Of a stretch of 64,000 bases of DNA, positions 1-13,249 are shown in pieces. The position numbers were made by a program, and so were the translations under genes. The stretch comes from Tubiluchus corallicola (lineage: Eukaryota; Animalia; Priapulida), in NCBI GenBank assembly GCA_030141605.1, contig JAQGDQ010000095.1, forward strand, positions 310,001-374,000. The letters run 5' to 3'. Each line of letters starts with the position of its first letter. Positions within the stretch are counted from its first letter, which is position 1. The notes under the pieces are model-generated. The model had not been told where the DNA came from. It saw only the letters and a program-made list of their open reading frames with translations, and did not search any database.

Positions 1-424
1 TCACGAAACTTTACCTAAGCTAATGTTGAACTTTATAGGGGACTCCTGTATTCGGAATGACAATCAGTTTCATTCGAAAAATTCACCAGTTTCATCAGAA
101 ACAACTGCTTGATTGCTGTTGATGTTCAAATTTACTAATCTATAGCTTCTACCAAGAAGAGAAGAGCCCGTCTATCCTTCTAAACTACTAGGGAATAAAA
201 TTGCTGGACTTTTTCACCTTTCCTGTCTTTCAAGTTTGGTATTAAAATAACCGTGGGTTTCTACCACTACCAATCTTTCATGTTGCACTGACGCTGTTAG
301 ACTTCAAGGTCTGTGTGCTCGGGTGTAGACGTTTTTCATTTTTATTTAAGAACATTTATAAAAATACATTTTATAAAAGATAATGGCAGCAGGCATGTAG
401 CACTTATGCTATAAACTGTATTTC

Positions 425-3400
425 ATGTATAAAGTCTTTTTCCCTTTTCAGGGCTGTGAAGATGACAAAATTGATGATTTGCTTTCTGTGACTTCTCTTT
501 TAACTAACTCTCTGTCACTGTCTTGTCCGTTTGAGCACTCTTCGCTATCAACTAACAGATGGGATCCAAACGACCCAGATAATTATGGGAACAGCTACGA
601 TAGTAAATATGTTAATCCAAATACTCTTAAATCAACTTCTAATTATAATGAAAATACTACTGATTTACTCATGTAAGTAGCTTGCAAAAACATTTTGGTA
701 ACATGACTGACGTCCTCAGCACTTTTCCTCAACCGCCTGAAATCATTGCCGTCTCTGAGACTAGGTTGAAGGATAATTCATCATTTATGTGTAACTTGAA
801 TAACTACGTTTTTTTAGCATTAACTGTAAATCCAATGCTGGTGGCATCAGTGTCTATATTAGAGATAATTTAAACTACTCTATAAATAATTCATATATAG
901 TAGTGACTGAAAAAGAAATAACCAAAGTAAACAGGCAGGGCAAAGTATTAACAGAAATCTCAAAAATTAATTTTTGAAGATCTCTGGATCCACGCATCAA
1001 CATTAAACAATTCAAATGGTATATTATTTGGCATTATATATAGACATCCAAATACACCTGTTACGCATTTTATAGGGGAAATGGACCGTGTTTAATTTAA
1101 ATTTATTACAGTTCGAGAGCATACCATATATTTCTAATTACTTAAATGTATTATTTTCTACTCAATTTGTTCCTCTAATTACAAGACCAACAAGAATATC
1201 AGAAAACTCTAGTACCCTAATAGACCATATCTATACTAATGATCTGATTAATCCTATTGTTTCCGCTATAATAACTTACGAAGTGGCTGACCACTTTCCT
1301 ATTTTCGCAATTGTCAAAAATGTTAATTTGACTAAACAGAAAACTAAAATTACAATTAGAGATAAATCTAACTTTAATTCTTCTGCCTTTTTAAATGAAT
1401 TGCACACACAGCTTAATACTATTGATTATTCTTACTTATCTTGCAAAATAGTGAAAATAACACAAAGAAACTTTGGTCGACCATAAATAGTTTAATTAAT
1501 GCTAAATTGCATCAATGCATAACACCACAAAAGGTATACAAAGATGGTATTCACTCAAGTGACATAACTGATATCTGTCAAGTCATGAACACTTTTTTGC
1601 TTCCATTGGTCTTTATACAGCATCTAAAATACAGCCCACACAACTGTCATTTCAGCCTTTTCTAGGATGTCCTTTGCCAAACTCGTTCTCAAACACCCAT
1701 TAATGAAGCTGAAGTAAATACAGCAATAAATAATTTAAATAAGAACAAAGCCTCTGGTCATGAAAATATTCCTATATCATTTTACAAATCAACTGGTCTC
1801 GTTATTTCCCCTGTTCTAACTAAATTGTTTAATAAGGCTATTACTGAAGGTACGCTCCCTAACTGTTTACAGGTAGCTAAAATTATTCCTATTTATAAAG
1901 GTGACTCCTCCGATAACCCCACTAACTATGGGCCCAATATCTTTACTTTCACCTATCTCCAAAATTTTTGAAAAATTGTTTTATGACAGACTAATAAAAT
2001 TTATAAACGACAACAAAATTCTCTCTAGATTTCAGTTTGGGTTTCGCAAAAGATACTGCACAGCCTTAGCTATTGCTGAACTTATAGACAACCTGTTACT
2101 AAATATCAATCATAATAAGTGCACCTGTGCCATATTTTTAGATTTATCGAAGGCCTTTGATACTGTACAACATGATATTTTATTAGCCGAACTTGAACAC
2201 TATGGTATCAGAGGCCTTGCTCTTCAATTGCTGCAGTCACATTTCCACAATAGAAAACAATATACATCTATCGCGAATAAAAACTCAGATCTGGTAAATG
2301 TACATTGTGGTGTTCCTCAGGGCTCAACTCTTGGTCCTCTTTTTTCTTACTCCACATAAATGATCTCCCTTTAAATACTCAATTACATACTAGACTTTTT
2401 GCTGATGATACTAGCTTTTTCAGTTCTGATACTAACATAAATCACCAAGAAGAATTTTTTAATGTTGAATTAGCTAAAGTAGATCTATGGATGAGAACCA
2501 ACCGGCTTTCTATAAACTATTCCAAAGCTAAATATATGATGATTGGTAATCCCAGAAAAGTAAAAAGTTTGTCATTAAATTTGACAATGGGAAATACCAG
2601 GATACAATCTGTACAACAAATAAAATATGTAGGAGTATTATTAGATCACATTCATGGAAAGCACATATACAATATGTTGTTAATAAAACCAGTAAAATTA
2701 TTGGTATTCTTTAAAAAATTAGGCATTTCCTGAATTATGATTCGAAGAAACTTCTATATTCTTCCCTATTTTCATCATATTTAGAATACAGCATACTTAC
2801 CTTTGGCTCAGCACCCCATTCCACATTGTATCCCGTAATTACTAATCAAAATAAATTTATAAAGCTTTGGACAAATACAAATAGAAGAGCCCATGTTACA
2901 CCTTTATACCACTAGCATAAAATCTTAAAACATCAGGATATATATAAAGCTTATATATATATATTTATATATATATATATATATAAAGTATAAATTTCTA
3001 TATAGATTTACACATAATATGCTTCCTGAAATTTTTCAGGATTACTACAAATCCGTAGCCCAGATACACGAGTATCATACACGATTTGCCACTAACCTAA
3101 CTTTCTATGTACAAAGATTTAATACTAACAAATCTCTATCTTATCAAGGTGCTCTGTTGTGGAACAGTCTGTCTAATGAACTAAAAATGGCACCTTTAGC
3201 TATTTGATAATTAACTATAAATCCATCCTTATTTCTAATTATCATGTGTGACTTTTCTGCTAAGATCTAATTCTAATAAATCATCTCTGTTAGTTTTAAT
3301 GTATGCCCCTTGTACTAATCTATTAACGGAAAATTATTTTATCAAAGTACATCTTTTCATCAAAGTGAAAAATTGTTATTATTATTTCTTCGCAGTTGTT

Positions 3401-4252
3401 AAAAAGGGAAGGTAAACACGCAATACAATAGGTCGAAATATGATTGAAATAGGTCTTACATAATCTTCAAACAAATCCAGCAGCTTCAACACTTTTTTCT
3501 CATACATAATTTTTATAATTTCGCCTGCTTGATTTATGTTTTTGCTTATTATGCTTTTCTCACTTCATATTTCACAGTTATCATTAAGTTTTATAATATT
3601 TTTTGAGCCATATTGTCTATTTAGTCACATAGTCATATTTCATTACATATTTTGTTTACTCCATTTTCTGCACTAGTTCTTGTGTTCCATAGTACTTTAT
3701 CGTTATGCTTAATATAATTTCATCAAACACTATTGCATATTTTTGTTTCATTATATTTTGTTTGATTTTATCATGCATATTTTGTTTCCTTCACTGATTT
3801 ATTATTTACGTTTTATTTTTTCTTGTGGTATTGACTTTTTTCTAGTTTGTTTTATATTTTAATCGGTTAGTTAAATGTTTTACACATTTTGTTCTTAAGT
3901 TTAATTTCTTCCCCCATGAATTTATGTTAACAGCTGATTTTCTTAACCTACTTCATAATTATATTACACCTTTTAATTAGCAGCGCTACAAATTTTTTAC
4001 AAGTTACACTAGCCTGAGAAGGGTAGCTGACTTATAACAAATTGGTCTATTGTTACCCTTTCTCGTGCACCCCTTAACTCTTTCCTTTATGCATAATTTA
4101 TCCTTTTTAATTAATAACTATAACAACAATAGTCTACTTGTATATTCTGGTGTAAATGAGGAGATAAATAAAATGTCTATGTCTATGTCTATGTCTATGT
4201 CTATGTCTATGTCTATGTCTATGTCTATGTCTATGTCTATGTCTATGTCTAT
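425..4252 (+). mobile_element. Near full-length but frameshifted non-LTR retrotransposon, L2 group (Crack/Daphne-like): ORF2 remnants with APE endonuclease and RT, long 3' UTR, microsatellite tail
   Basis: Broken ORFs show APE motifs (IIAVSETRL; ITRPTRISENSSTLIDHIYTN; VADHFPIF) and RT motifs (PISLLSPISKIFEK; QFGFRK; FLDLSKAFDTV; GVPQGSTLGP; LFADDT; HEYHTR). There is a 3' stem-loop at ~4016-4073 and AATAAA directly followed by (ATGTCT)n. Confidence 0.9.
4172..4252 (+). repeat. (ATGTCT)n hexanucleotide microsatellite, probable LINE 3' tail
   Basis: About 13 perfect units immediately after gataaataaa. Confidence 0.95.
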
Positions 4253-5496
4253 ATGCTGGTCGCAAAATACAATATAAAATAATTTACTAACAATTACAGT
4301 TATAAATCAAATACACGTACAGTAAAAAAATTCATTAAACGAAAAAACTTAAACGGGAGAGACAGTAAACAGTAGAATAGCGTATGTAACATTCTGTGAC
4401 AATGAAACACGTTTGCAAATGTGTTTTTGCTGTTATAGATAAGTGTCAGGATTATTATTTCAATTTACAGAGCGAACATTGTACAAGACATTATAAAAAA
4501 CAGTCTTTCAGCAAACAACATTAACAAAATAGTAGTTTACCAAGGCGAGGTCTTCTCCAGCACTTGGGTAGGACCGGTCCTTCCTCGCGCACATTGTAGT
4601 AATGCAGCAGAATTCGGTCTCCAGTGGAAGTTGGCTAAGTTAGCGTTTCTTTCAGTCTACTTGGTGGGCAGCAGGTAGCCTTTTCCAGGAAGTCTCCACA
4701 GCTTCCCATCAAAGTGGCAGGACACAGAATGGGGTCTCTTGAGACCGGATAATGAGAAGATCATCTCCTCCGGGTTCCCACGCAGATCAAGAGCGATTTA
4801 GACCATCAAACGTGAAGTCACAGGTGAGAGGATCTTCATCCAACGTAAAAGTAATTAGGCTGTGTAATGAATGCCTAATTTAACAAATGTCTTTCAGAAA
4901 TTTTGTAACTGACGAGGTTTCACCAGCAAAAGAAGAACATCGTTCGCCAACGAATAAGAAGAACATAATAATGAACAAACCATCCATTTTTCGTTCAATC
5001 ATCGTATGAAAGAAACCATGAAATAGTTATAGCTGACCATTTTTCCAACACGCTCATTCTACACTGCCACGTAAGCCATTACGTCTAATATCTAGGCATC
5101 GAAAGCTAGCCGACCAATCAGAAACGAGTTCTGGGTAAAGTGACCTCAATAGTACAGCGACGAAGCTTTCACATTTGTTCAAACTTGGATATAATATTGT
5201 CATGGAAAAAAAATGTAGCTAAACAAATTTTTTTTTCAAAAATAAAAGTGACGTTGAAACGAAACGAATTTCATCTTTTTCTGCCTAATTACATATTTAA
5301 GGTAGCTTAACAGAAACTGGCTTCAATTAATGGATAACTTCATCAAAAATAATGCTACTCTTAACTAAAGATGGCAGCACAAGATTGGAATATTAAATCA
5401 ATACATCAATATTATCAATCGTTAGGTAAACAATTCGTGATACCGTTTAGGTTTATTAAAGTGAAAAATAATTAGTAGATGGGTGACCATCACAGC

Positions 5497-5760
5497 TTAC
5501 ATAAAATGACTAAAATGACAGTAACCTAAAAAGTTGCAATTTGATAGTCTGGCGTTGAAACTGGCTATGTTTGGTGCATTAACCATCTTATAATCAAGAT
5601 CATTCCAGATAGGGACTACTCTTTTTGCGAAAGAATATTTGTATACACTTAATATAGAATAATGTTTGAACAATTTGTAATTGCGTCCATATACATTTTG
5701 AGTAGGAGCATAACAAAAGAAATCACCAAGTGACAAATGTACTAATTTTGACATATTTTA
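5497..5760 (-). mobile_element. CR1-type LINE 3' fragment
   Basis: GRNYKLFK...YSFAKRVVPIWNDL...FNARL matches the CR1 ORF2 C-terminus (RGHxxKL...FFSxRVVxxWNxLP). Confidence 0.8.
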
Positions 5761-5789
5761 TAAAACATTTTAAGGTAAAAAATGTAAAG

Positions 5790-6635
5790 GCTTATCATCA
5801 AAAGAGCAACATGGCTTCTTATCTAAACGATCCACTACAACACAGTTACTCGAATGTTTTGGTTTAGCTGTAGACAATGGCATTGTAGTAGATGCTATAT
5901 ACATATCGATTTTAAAAAAGAATTTGACACTGTTTCCCATTCCATACTAATTTTGAAATTACATGCGAACAGCATTGTAGGACATCTTTTGACATGGATT
6001 GAAGTTTCTTTGAACGATAGAAAACAATGTGTTGCTATTGGTAATAATGTATCTAAATACGTATGTGTAACATCTGGTGTGCCCCAAGGAAGTGTTCTTG
6101 GCCCGCTATTGTTTTTATGTTTTATTAATGATTTATCTGATGTAATTGATGCTGTAACAGGAAAGATATTTGCAGATGATATAAAACTCTATCAAAGTTT
6201 TTGGTCAAGTCAAAATAGTGATCTCAGTCAGCCCTGGTATGAGCAACTAGTTATAGCCATACCGAAATGCAATGTTATACATATTTGGAATTGCGCGTGA
6301 TCTTAGTGTTATAATTTTTCATGACCTGAAATGGACAAACGAATGCATTGAGGTAGCTACTAATGGATTACAAATATGTTGTTTAGAATGTTTTCTACTG
6401 ATGATAAAGACATATTGTTAAAATCGTTCATAGTTTACATACGACCTATTGTAGAGTATTGCTCGCCAGTCTGGAATCCAGCTTTATTAGGCAATGTTGA
6501 CCGTATAGAAAGTGCACAGCGATATTTTACTTGACGCCCGTTTTATAGATGTTCTTTAATGTATATGCCATATCGTAAGCGTCTGGAGATTCTACAACTA
6601 AAGTCTTTAGAGGAGAGACACATTCAAAAAGATTT
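5790..6635 (+). mobile_element. CR1-type LINE RT fragment (degenerate)
   Basis: QHGF; [12 protein letters not shown]; [21 protein letters not shown]; IFADDIKLY; YIRPIVEYCSPVWNP; LKSLEER. Confidence 0.9.
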
Positions 6636-6639
6636 AGCT

Positions 6640-7200
6640 TTAAGCTGCCACCGGGGTGAGGGGAGCCATTGGAGCTTGGGCTCCCCAATTTCACTGAATT
6701 TTAGAAAAGTTGTTCGCACGATCATTCTTAGCTGTCCGCTGGATCGTATTCAACAATTGAAGAATTAACGAATAAACAACATTTGATTTAGTGCACCAAC
6801 ATTTTTATTTGTTATATTTTCTCTTCCAAATGCTTTTTTGTGACTAAGCTTTTAAAATACTATTTATATGCTTGTTTCTTGTCCCTGTATGGGACCTTCT
6901 GAAAGCGTGTGACAAACCTATATTTGCTATATTTCTTATATTATATTCATTGTTGACAAGTGGTGTCGTCATTCCAGTGTCTACCAGACACCACCAGAAA
7001 GTAAGCACACCAGAAAGAACTTCTCTGCATCTGTTGAAAACTCCTATTCGCAGCAGAACTGGGGAAGAGAGGTTAAATGGTTTAGCCCAAAAGCACCCGA
7101 ACGCAGACGAAATGTAATAGAAATGAAATACAGAGGTTTGTAGACCTAAAAAATTGGCGCATTATTTTATAAGCTACAATTACAAATAATTTTGTAATTT
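6640..7200 (+). mobile_element. hAT transposon remnant (C-terminal dimerisation-domain fragment)
   Basis: TPERTS...LKTPIRSRTGEERLNGLA resembles the hATC motif ERSFSxLxxxKTxLRSxMxxERLNGLA; a GC-rich end with GGGAGCC/GGCTCCC lies at ~6660-6686. Confidence 0.6.
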
Positions 7201-7437
7201 ATTTTATTGCAATTACAATGTACTTATAAGTAATCTCTACTTTTAATAAAAGTTGGAAATTAAATTTTACTTTTAACTATGCATGGCGAATCCAATTTGT
7301 TTACGAGATACGGTAGTGTAAACTGCATAAGACTATACAGCACATTTACTAGCGTTCCCACCCTTACAAATTCCTGTGCCTGACTCGTACAGCTGAAGGC
7401 AGCAGTAGTTATTGGATTTATGTCCAAAATATCGGAA

Positions 7438-7510
7438 ATGATGATGATGACAATTATGATGACGATGACGATGACGATGATAATGACGACGACGATGATG
7501 ATGATGACGG
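7438..7510 (+). repeat. (ATG/ACG)n trinucleotide microsatellite
   Basis: Direct reading; it produces the spurious poly-M/T and poly-I/V ORFs. Confidence 0.9.
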
Positions 7511-8279
7511 CTTTATCTATCATAATGTCTCTGGTCATTTTTCTAATTGAGGGAGATAGTACATATTCAGCTAAAATTTTGAAGGTACATGTTCAGCTTC
7601 TTCGTGGACGCCACAGTGCGAGAAGCTACATTTTGCAACTTTGATACAGTGACTGATTCAGTGAGAATTGTTTTACGTCAGTTCGTAAAGATAAGCGCGT
7701 ATTCCTTATGCCAGATTGTCATGTTTATGTATTCGTTATGTTATTTTATGGAATTCAAACGCTATGATTAAAGACCCTCCCACTCACTGACTTCAAATTG
7801 TATACGCTTCATCGTTACTTGAAGGCCAGCTCCCTGTATGGTGCAACTTGCAAATGTTTTTATAATTTTATTGCGTTTGCTACATTATACTGTGAAACAT
7901 GTGGAACTGCAAAACAAAAAATTCTGTTTTCATTTTCAAGTTACAACAAACCTATAACACATGATAATGATGATCAAAATTGCCATATTGGACAGAGCCA
8001 TTAATGCGGCTTCTGTTTGCTATGTAATGTCCCAGGATGTATAAATGCGTGCCCTGCACACGTCCACGGTTGGCTAGTGATAATTATAGTCAATCCTTTT
8101 AGCGCATAGCACGTAGATACACGTTTTGGAATATATATTTGTTAAATGTCTGCAATACGGTAGCCCAGCAGATAAAACCCATCTGGTTCGATGACTGTTG
8201 GGTTATCACAGTTGCTATAAATTGGACGCTTCAGTGCCGTTAGCATTTTTAAATATTTCCACCGTGTTGGGTAGATCAA

Positions 8280-8750
8280 AATTAAGAAAAGGGAGGGAAG
8301 GAACGAACTGTAAAGGAAATACAAAAGAAGAGAGGAAAAAAGAGGAGGGAACGGAAGGGAAGGCAAGACAAAGGCATGGCAGGGCAGGAGTGGGGATGAG
8401 AGGGGAGGGGATAGAATGCAAGGGGAGGCTAGGAGAAGAGAGGGGAGTAGCAAAGAGGAATGGAGAGGAGAGAAGAGGACGGGAGCATAGGGGAGGGGAG
8501 GGAGAGGAAAGGAGAGGAAATGAGAAAAGAGGAGAGACGGGGTGAGAAGAGAACAACGGAGAGAAGAGAGGAGAAAGGAAGAGAAGAGAAGAGAAGAGAA
8601 GAGAAGAGAAGAGAAGAGAAGAGAAGAGAAGAGAAGAGAAGAGAAGAGAAGAGAAGAGAAGAGAAGAGAAGAGAAGAGAAGAGAAGAGAAGAGAAGACAA
8701 GGCAGAGCAAGGGGTAGGCCAGAGCAGGAGTGGGAGATTAGGAGAGGAGA
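8280..8750 (+). repeat. Polypurine tract with (GAGAA)n pentanucleotide array
   Basis: Perfect GAGAA units at ~8576-8695 embedded in G/A-only sequence. Confidence 0.95.
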
Positions 8751-8759
8751 TTATTTTTT

Positions 8760-8766
8760 AATAATA

Positions 8767-8819
<53 letters not shown>

Positions 8820-8959
8820 AATAATAATAATAATAATAATAAAATCTTAATTTAAAAAAGAACAAAAAATATATACTTGTGTATACAAAAAGGTGCCTCA
8901 TTTACAGGCTCGGATCAACGATTTACCATTTCATATATCATATATATAATATATCAATG

Positions 8960-9042
<83 letters not shown>

Positions 9043-9045
9043 CAA

Positions 9046-9095
<50 letters not shown>
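8760..9095 (+). repeat. (ATG)n/(ATA)n and (TA)n microsatellites
   Basis: Direct reading at 8760-8842 and 8962-9091. Confidence 0.95.
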
Positions 9096-9099
<4 letters not shown>

Positions 9100-9749
9100 A
9101 TCAATTAAACATTTTCAGCCTCACATTATGCCCAGCAAACAAATATAATACCTTGATTAGATTTAATTTCGAATGATTCACAAATGTTATCGATATGAAT
9201 TAACCAAATACTTATACATAATTTTGTATACTAATCCAAATTAACAATAATTATTTAGTATAAAACTATCTGATAGCTTGTAAAAACATCAGATTTTTAT
9301 TAGAACGAAGAACGGTGCATAATTTGCACCAGCTATTTCTATGAAATGCATTCTTTTTGTACTATCTACTTCATTAAATCTGAATGAAATGTGCTGATGA
9401 GCTTGCACGGATATTAACTAGTATCACACGCATAAAGTCTATACAAAAAGCTACTAAAATTCTCCTGGTCAATTAAAAAAGACATAGCAACAGAATCTAT
9501 TTTTCTTTTATTATTTCCAAGCAGCAGAATCAATGGTTTACATTTTTATATTCCGCATTTCAATATTTTCACCGCGAAGTTGCATAACATGCCTATATTT
9601 GTTCGTGTACAAAAACATAATCCCTAATTTAACGTTAGATATATGTTAAAATATTTTTAGGAATTTCTTCAAGATCTGTAATACGGAAGTTTTCTTTCCA
9701 CACAAATTTTAAAAAGTCTTGACAGTCTGTGCATGTGTGTATGTATGAC

Positions 9750-10460
9750 GAAGAAAAAAGAAGCAAAGACAAGGAAAAGGATGAAAAGGAAGGGAAGGGG
9801 ACAAGGCAAGGGGCGGGATAGCAGGAGAGAGGAGGGGAGTGGAGGGGTCGGAAATGAAGTCAAGTGAAGTGATAAGCTCTCGAATGCAGCTGTTAATAGG
9901 AAGAGAAGAGAAGGGAAGAGAAGAGAAGAGAAGAGAAGAGAAGAGAAGAGAAGAGAAGAGAAGAGAAGAGAAGAAAAGAAAAGAAAAGAAAAGAAAAGAA
10001 AAGAAAAGAAAAAAAAGAAAAGAAAAGAATGTACAAATTAAGAAAAAAAGAGAATGAAAGAAAAGACATGGAAAAAATAAAAGCAAAAAGAAAGAAAAGA
10101 AAGAAGAAGAGAAGAGAAGGGAAGGAAAGAAAAGCAAAGAAAAGAAGAGAAAAGAAAAGAAAAGAAGAAAAGAGAAAAGAAGAAAAGAGAAAAGAAGAAA
10201 AGATAAGAGAATTGAAGATGAATATTAACTTTTAGTAGCTTTTGTAACTACAGTATATCCAAAATATAGGCAAATATACAAAGGAAGGGATTGGGAAGAG
10301 AAGAGAGGAGAAAAGAAGAAAAGAAATGAAAAGAAATGAAGAAAAGAGAAGAAGAGAAGGAAAAAAGAGAAAAGAATAGAAGAAAATAAAAGAAAAGACA
10401 AGAGAAGAAAAGAAAAGAGAGGAGAATATATTATCGTATTTTATTAGAGAAGAGAAGTTG
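9750..10460 (+). repeat. Second polypurine (AAGAG)n/(AAAAG)n tract
   Basis: Direct reading; source of the K/R/E-rich and F/S/L-rich false ORFs. Confidence 0.9.
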
Positions 10461-12683
10461 AGAGATGAGTCATGAGTTCAATGCAATACATGATAAAAGT
10501 CAGGTATACTTCCGCACCCGCCGCACTGTCTCATTGCATGCATACTTCTATCTAGTGCTACCTGCCCGCGGGAGACGCCTATATTCTTCAAACAAGTTCG
10601 AACAACGCCAGTTTTTCGGGAACTGACCTTCGCCAATGCTTTTTATCATTTCTACAGGTTCTCAGGCACAGGGGTCAGGATGGGCGCAAGAAAAGCTGTA
10701 ATGTCATTTATAATCGTTATTTTTTTACAAATCCAACAAGATGTTCAGCAAGCAACAAACCGACGAAGAACGGTAGCTGATTAGAGTGTAATCACATTTA
10801 TTTGTTGGAACAACGCGACGGTGCGCTTTGCCCTTCATAAAATTGGTCAAGCCATCATATGCCGCAAGTTCGAATAGCGCACAGGAAATAATATTGAACG
10901 CAGTATAATTGTATTAGAGGAAAATTACCGCCCCAGGATAAAACTTTACAATGCATTGCTCAATACCTGACAATAAGAGAATCGCCGGGATCCATGTATG
11001 TATAGCCTGTATGGTGCGTCGCTCTGTTTTAATTGTGTATATATATATGCTTAATATATCATACTGAATAATATATCATATTATACAGCACATATATCAT
11101 ATGATATATATATATATAATATATATCATAATAAATCATAATGAATTCCATAACGTGTTTATTTTTTGCGCCTTATTTGTTGCTTTTTGCAGAAAGTCGT
11201 GTCTTATAGACACCAAGAATTTGCCTAGAATTATCGAAGTACCTAGAACCTACTGCTCCATTTTGTTTTGACAGATTTAACAGATCTGTCTTTGGGAGAA
11301 CTCTGTGCAGAAACAGAACTGGAAAGTGTAAAGCCACAAATGTTTCAACACCTGTCTGTCGCTGTAAAAGTTCAAAATGCGTAGTAAGCAAAATCAGAAA
11401 GTATCAGATAATCAAAATCAGAATGACATGGTTCATGATGGTTGAACTGTCCCAACCATTATGCAGAAGTAACCACATGTATTGGATTGCATAAACAGTA
11501 TCTGTCGCACCAATGTGTAAAATTTAGACATTTTAAAAATTCCTAAGCATTTCGCACAATACCTATGCATTTCGAGAAAAGTGTGAATAATTTTTTGGCA
11601 TCGACTCTTTCACACTTTACCTAGACCGCTAAAAGTTTTATGTAATAGCTAGAATTTATATAAAAACGTAAAGTGACCTAGGCAAAATTTAATGCGAACA
11701 TAATTTATGATGAATCAACCTCTTCCTAGATATTTTATGCATTTCCAAGGCATTGTGCGAGATGCATAAAACGACATGGTCAGTTTACTAATTACTTTAG
11801 TAGTTCAAGTAAGCTGATGAGTTAACTGTTTTTTGCCAAAGGATGCCATATCACCATCTTTGACATGCTGCTCAGCCCTCCTACAAATGCATTTCCGAAA
11901 AAGGCGTGGAGCATCAAATAGGAGCAGCTCAGTAATGGAATTAACTACATAGCGAAAAAGCACTGTCTATAACACCTCCAACTATATCTGTGTCATTATA
12001 ATTATGTTCGCTCCTTATTTTATTACAACATTACAAAGACTGTGAACGTGGGTGAGCTTACAAAGCTTTTTCCTCATTAGGTGATCATAGCACCGTCGGC
12101 TGTATTTTCACTTTCTTCAGTCTCTTGCTATCATTTAATTATGGTGCCACGCAGAGTCAGAGCCCAGAGATCTACCACTCAAGGTTATTAACAATTTGTC
12201 CTATTTTGGCAATATTTATCTTGTTAATAAGCGTGTGGTTATATTAGCTACTGCACGTGTCTTAAGGTACAACATGAAAGAGGTAAATTTTTGATCAATT
12301 ACCCAATTTGTAATGAGACGGTAACGTACCAACTCATCCTTTGAAAGTTGGTGGAGTAAAATGAAGTGGAGTCGAGTCTGTCGAATGGACTGGAGGATCC
12401 TAACGGAGTAGAATGGAGTAAAGTGTAGTGGAGTGAAGTACAGCAGAACAGCATAAAATGTAGAAAGTGAAAGTGAAGGACTGGAGCGGATACAGTGAAG
12501 TGAAAAACATCGTCATCATCTTCATCATCACCATCACTGCTATCACTATCCTTATTATTCATTATTAGTATCATTATATTCTTCACATTCATTGTCATCA
12601 TTATTTTATCATGGACATTGTTGCTGTCATAGTCATTGCCATCGCTGTTATCGACATTACCGTAAGAATAGTTCGTGAAGCAG

Positions 12684-12726
12684 ATTAGGATTAGGTTAGG
12701 GTTGCGGTTAGGGATAGGGCTAGGGT
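12684..12726 (+). repeat. Degenerate telomere-like (TTAGG/TTAGGG) tract
   Basis: attaggattaggttagggttgcggttagggatagggctaggg. Confidence 0.6.
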
Positions 12727-12840
12727 GTTTAAATTGTGTGAGGAATTGTAAACTTCTTCCTTAATTATAATCTTAATTTTAAGGATTATTAGTTATAATG
12801 ATGGATCGAACCTGCAACGTTGAGTATTTAAGGTCACAAT

Positions 12841-12912
12841 GGACTGTATGGCCTAGTGATCGTGTCAGTGGATTTGTAGTCCAATGATTCCTAATTAAAG
12901 TCCAAGCTCGAA
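12841..12912 (+). mobile_element. tRNA-derived SINE head or tRNA pseudogene (degenerate)
   Basis: A-box-like TGGCCTAGTGA, an anticodon-arm-like tggatttgtagtcca and a decayed B box; a reverse-strand GGTTCGATCC B box lies just upstream (~12803-12812). Confidence 0.4.
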
Positions 12913-13249
12913 GCAAGAAGGCGTATTTTTGCTCGCTCTTTTTTGTAAATTATAACTCAATTCAACGAGTTTTTTAGGCAAATATATTTATAGCGCAGTT
13001 TAGCGCTAGGTAATCGTTTTTACGATGAATATCGTAGTGTACTGTACATACTGAATGCTATTCTTACACAGTGCATAACATTTAACTGTAATTTTGTAAT
13101 TTATTGTCCAATTCAGCATGCTTACAGTATCACATTGTAACTATATATCAAATCAATTACATGTATTATATTTCAAATCAATGTAATTGCAATATTATAA
13201 AAGAACTGTATTAATATAGTTACTAACTACATAATAGTTTATCAACAGG

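Noticed and set aside
8142-10235. ORFs rich in REEKR, FSSLL, poly-M/I
   Set aside because: Translations of GAGAA/ATG/AAAAG microsatellites.
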